Source of the DNA: Chloroflexota bacterium
GTDB taxonomy: Bacteria; Chloroflexota; Dormibacteria; Dormibacterales; Dormibacteraceae
Reading direction: 5' to 3'
Assembly (NCBI GenBank): GCA_005881155.1
Contig: VBHN01000199.1
Location: forward strand, 11,115 to 59,549
Length of the DNA: 48,435 nt
The notes below the pieces were generated by a model. The model saw only the letters and a program-made list of their open reading frames with translations, had not been told where the DNA came from and did no database searches. Positions 48,271 to 48,435 of the stretch are shown here, piece by piece. Position numbers and translations under genes: made by a program. How positions within the stretch are numbered: the first letter of the stretch is position 1; each line of letters begins with the position of its first letter.

Positions 48271-48435
48271 CTAGGCCGAAGCTTTCCTGGCGTTCCAGGC
48301 CCGGACGCCGGCTTTGAAGCGGCGGCCCCGATCCTCGAAGCTGGTGAACCAGTCGAAGCTCTTGTAGCCGGGGCTGAGGAGGACGACGCCGCCCGGTTGA
48401 GCCAGCCCGGCCGCCAGCTCCACCGCGTGGTCCAG
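48271..48435 (-). CDS. murD: UDP-N-acetylmuramoylalanine--D-glutamate ligase, C-terminal fragment (5' end outside the window)
   Basis: This is not in the ORF track because it has no start in the window. The reverse translation ...[30 protein letters not shown]...* matches the MurD C-terminus (LSPxxxSFDxFxxFxxRG). The TAG lies at 48271..48273, just upstream of ftsW. Confidence 0.7.
   Translation of the reverse strand: MDHAVELAAGLAQPGGVVLLSPGYKSFDWFTSFEDRGRRFKAGVRAWNARKASA

Overview
Very GC-rich, gene-dense and mostly housekeeping chromosomal window; third codon positions are almost all G/C. FtsA plus FtsZ, a Firmicutes-like ftsQ-sbp arrangement, a T-box leader and several F420-type enzymes suggest a high-GC Chloroflexota, Dormibacterota or Actinomycetota-like lineage, but that is only a guess. 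I support about 50 protein genes. They include fabI, treZ, tdk, ctaA-ctaB, a LOG-PLD-APC permease operon, nudC, ftsH, ssrA (tmRNA) and smpB, def-fmt and priA. They also include coaBC-gmk-rluD-lspA-ileS behind an Ile T-box leader, and yggT x2-yggS-pgeF-nrdR-ftsZ-ftsA. A distal dcw block follows (sbp-ftsQ-ddl-murB-murC-murG-ftsW-murD'). I see no CRISPR array, transposase, integrase, prophage or recognisable defence or toxin-antitoxin module. The unusual signals are as follows. (1) A ~60-63-nt structured repeat (G6-ACGT-C6...C6) is translated in-frame inside ileS and, as two tandem units, forms the C-terminal tail of ftsW. The two genes read it in different frames, which resembles the Rickettsia palindromic elements (RPEs). 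(2) An AhpD/CMD-family gene has an in-frame TGA exactly at the second Cys of its CxxC motif, so it is either a selenocysteine candidate or a nonsense mutation. (3) A perfect 61-bp tandem duplication frameshifts what would otherwise be a single TetR::R2lox fusion ORF. (4) A GAF histidine kinase has lost its G1 box and is frameshifted. (5) A lipoprotein gene is frameshifted near a short C-run. (6) Two genes have only a CTG, overlapping the upstream TGA as CTGA, at the expected start position. Items 3 to 5 could equally be assembly errors. Many long ORFs in the supplied track are antisense shadows typical of high-GC DNA and were rejected.
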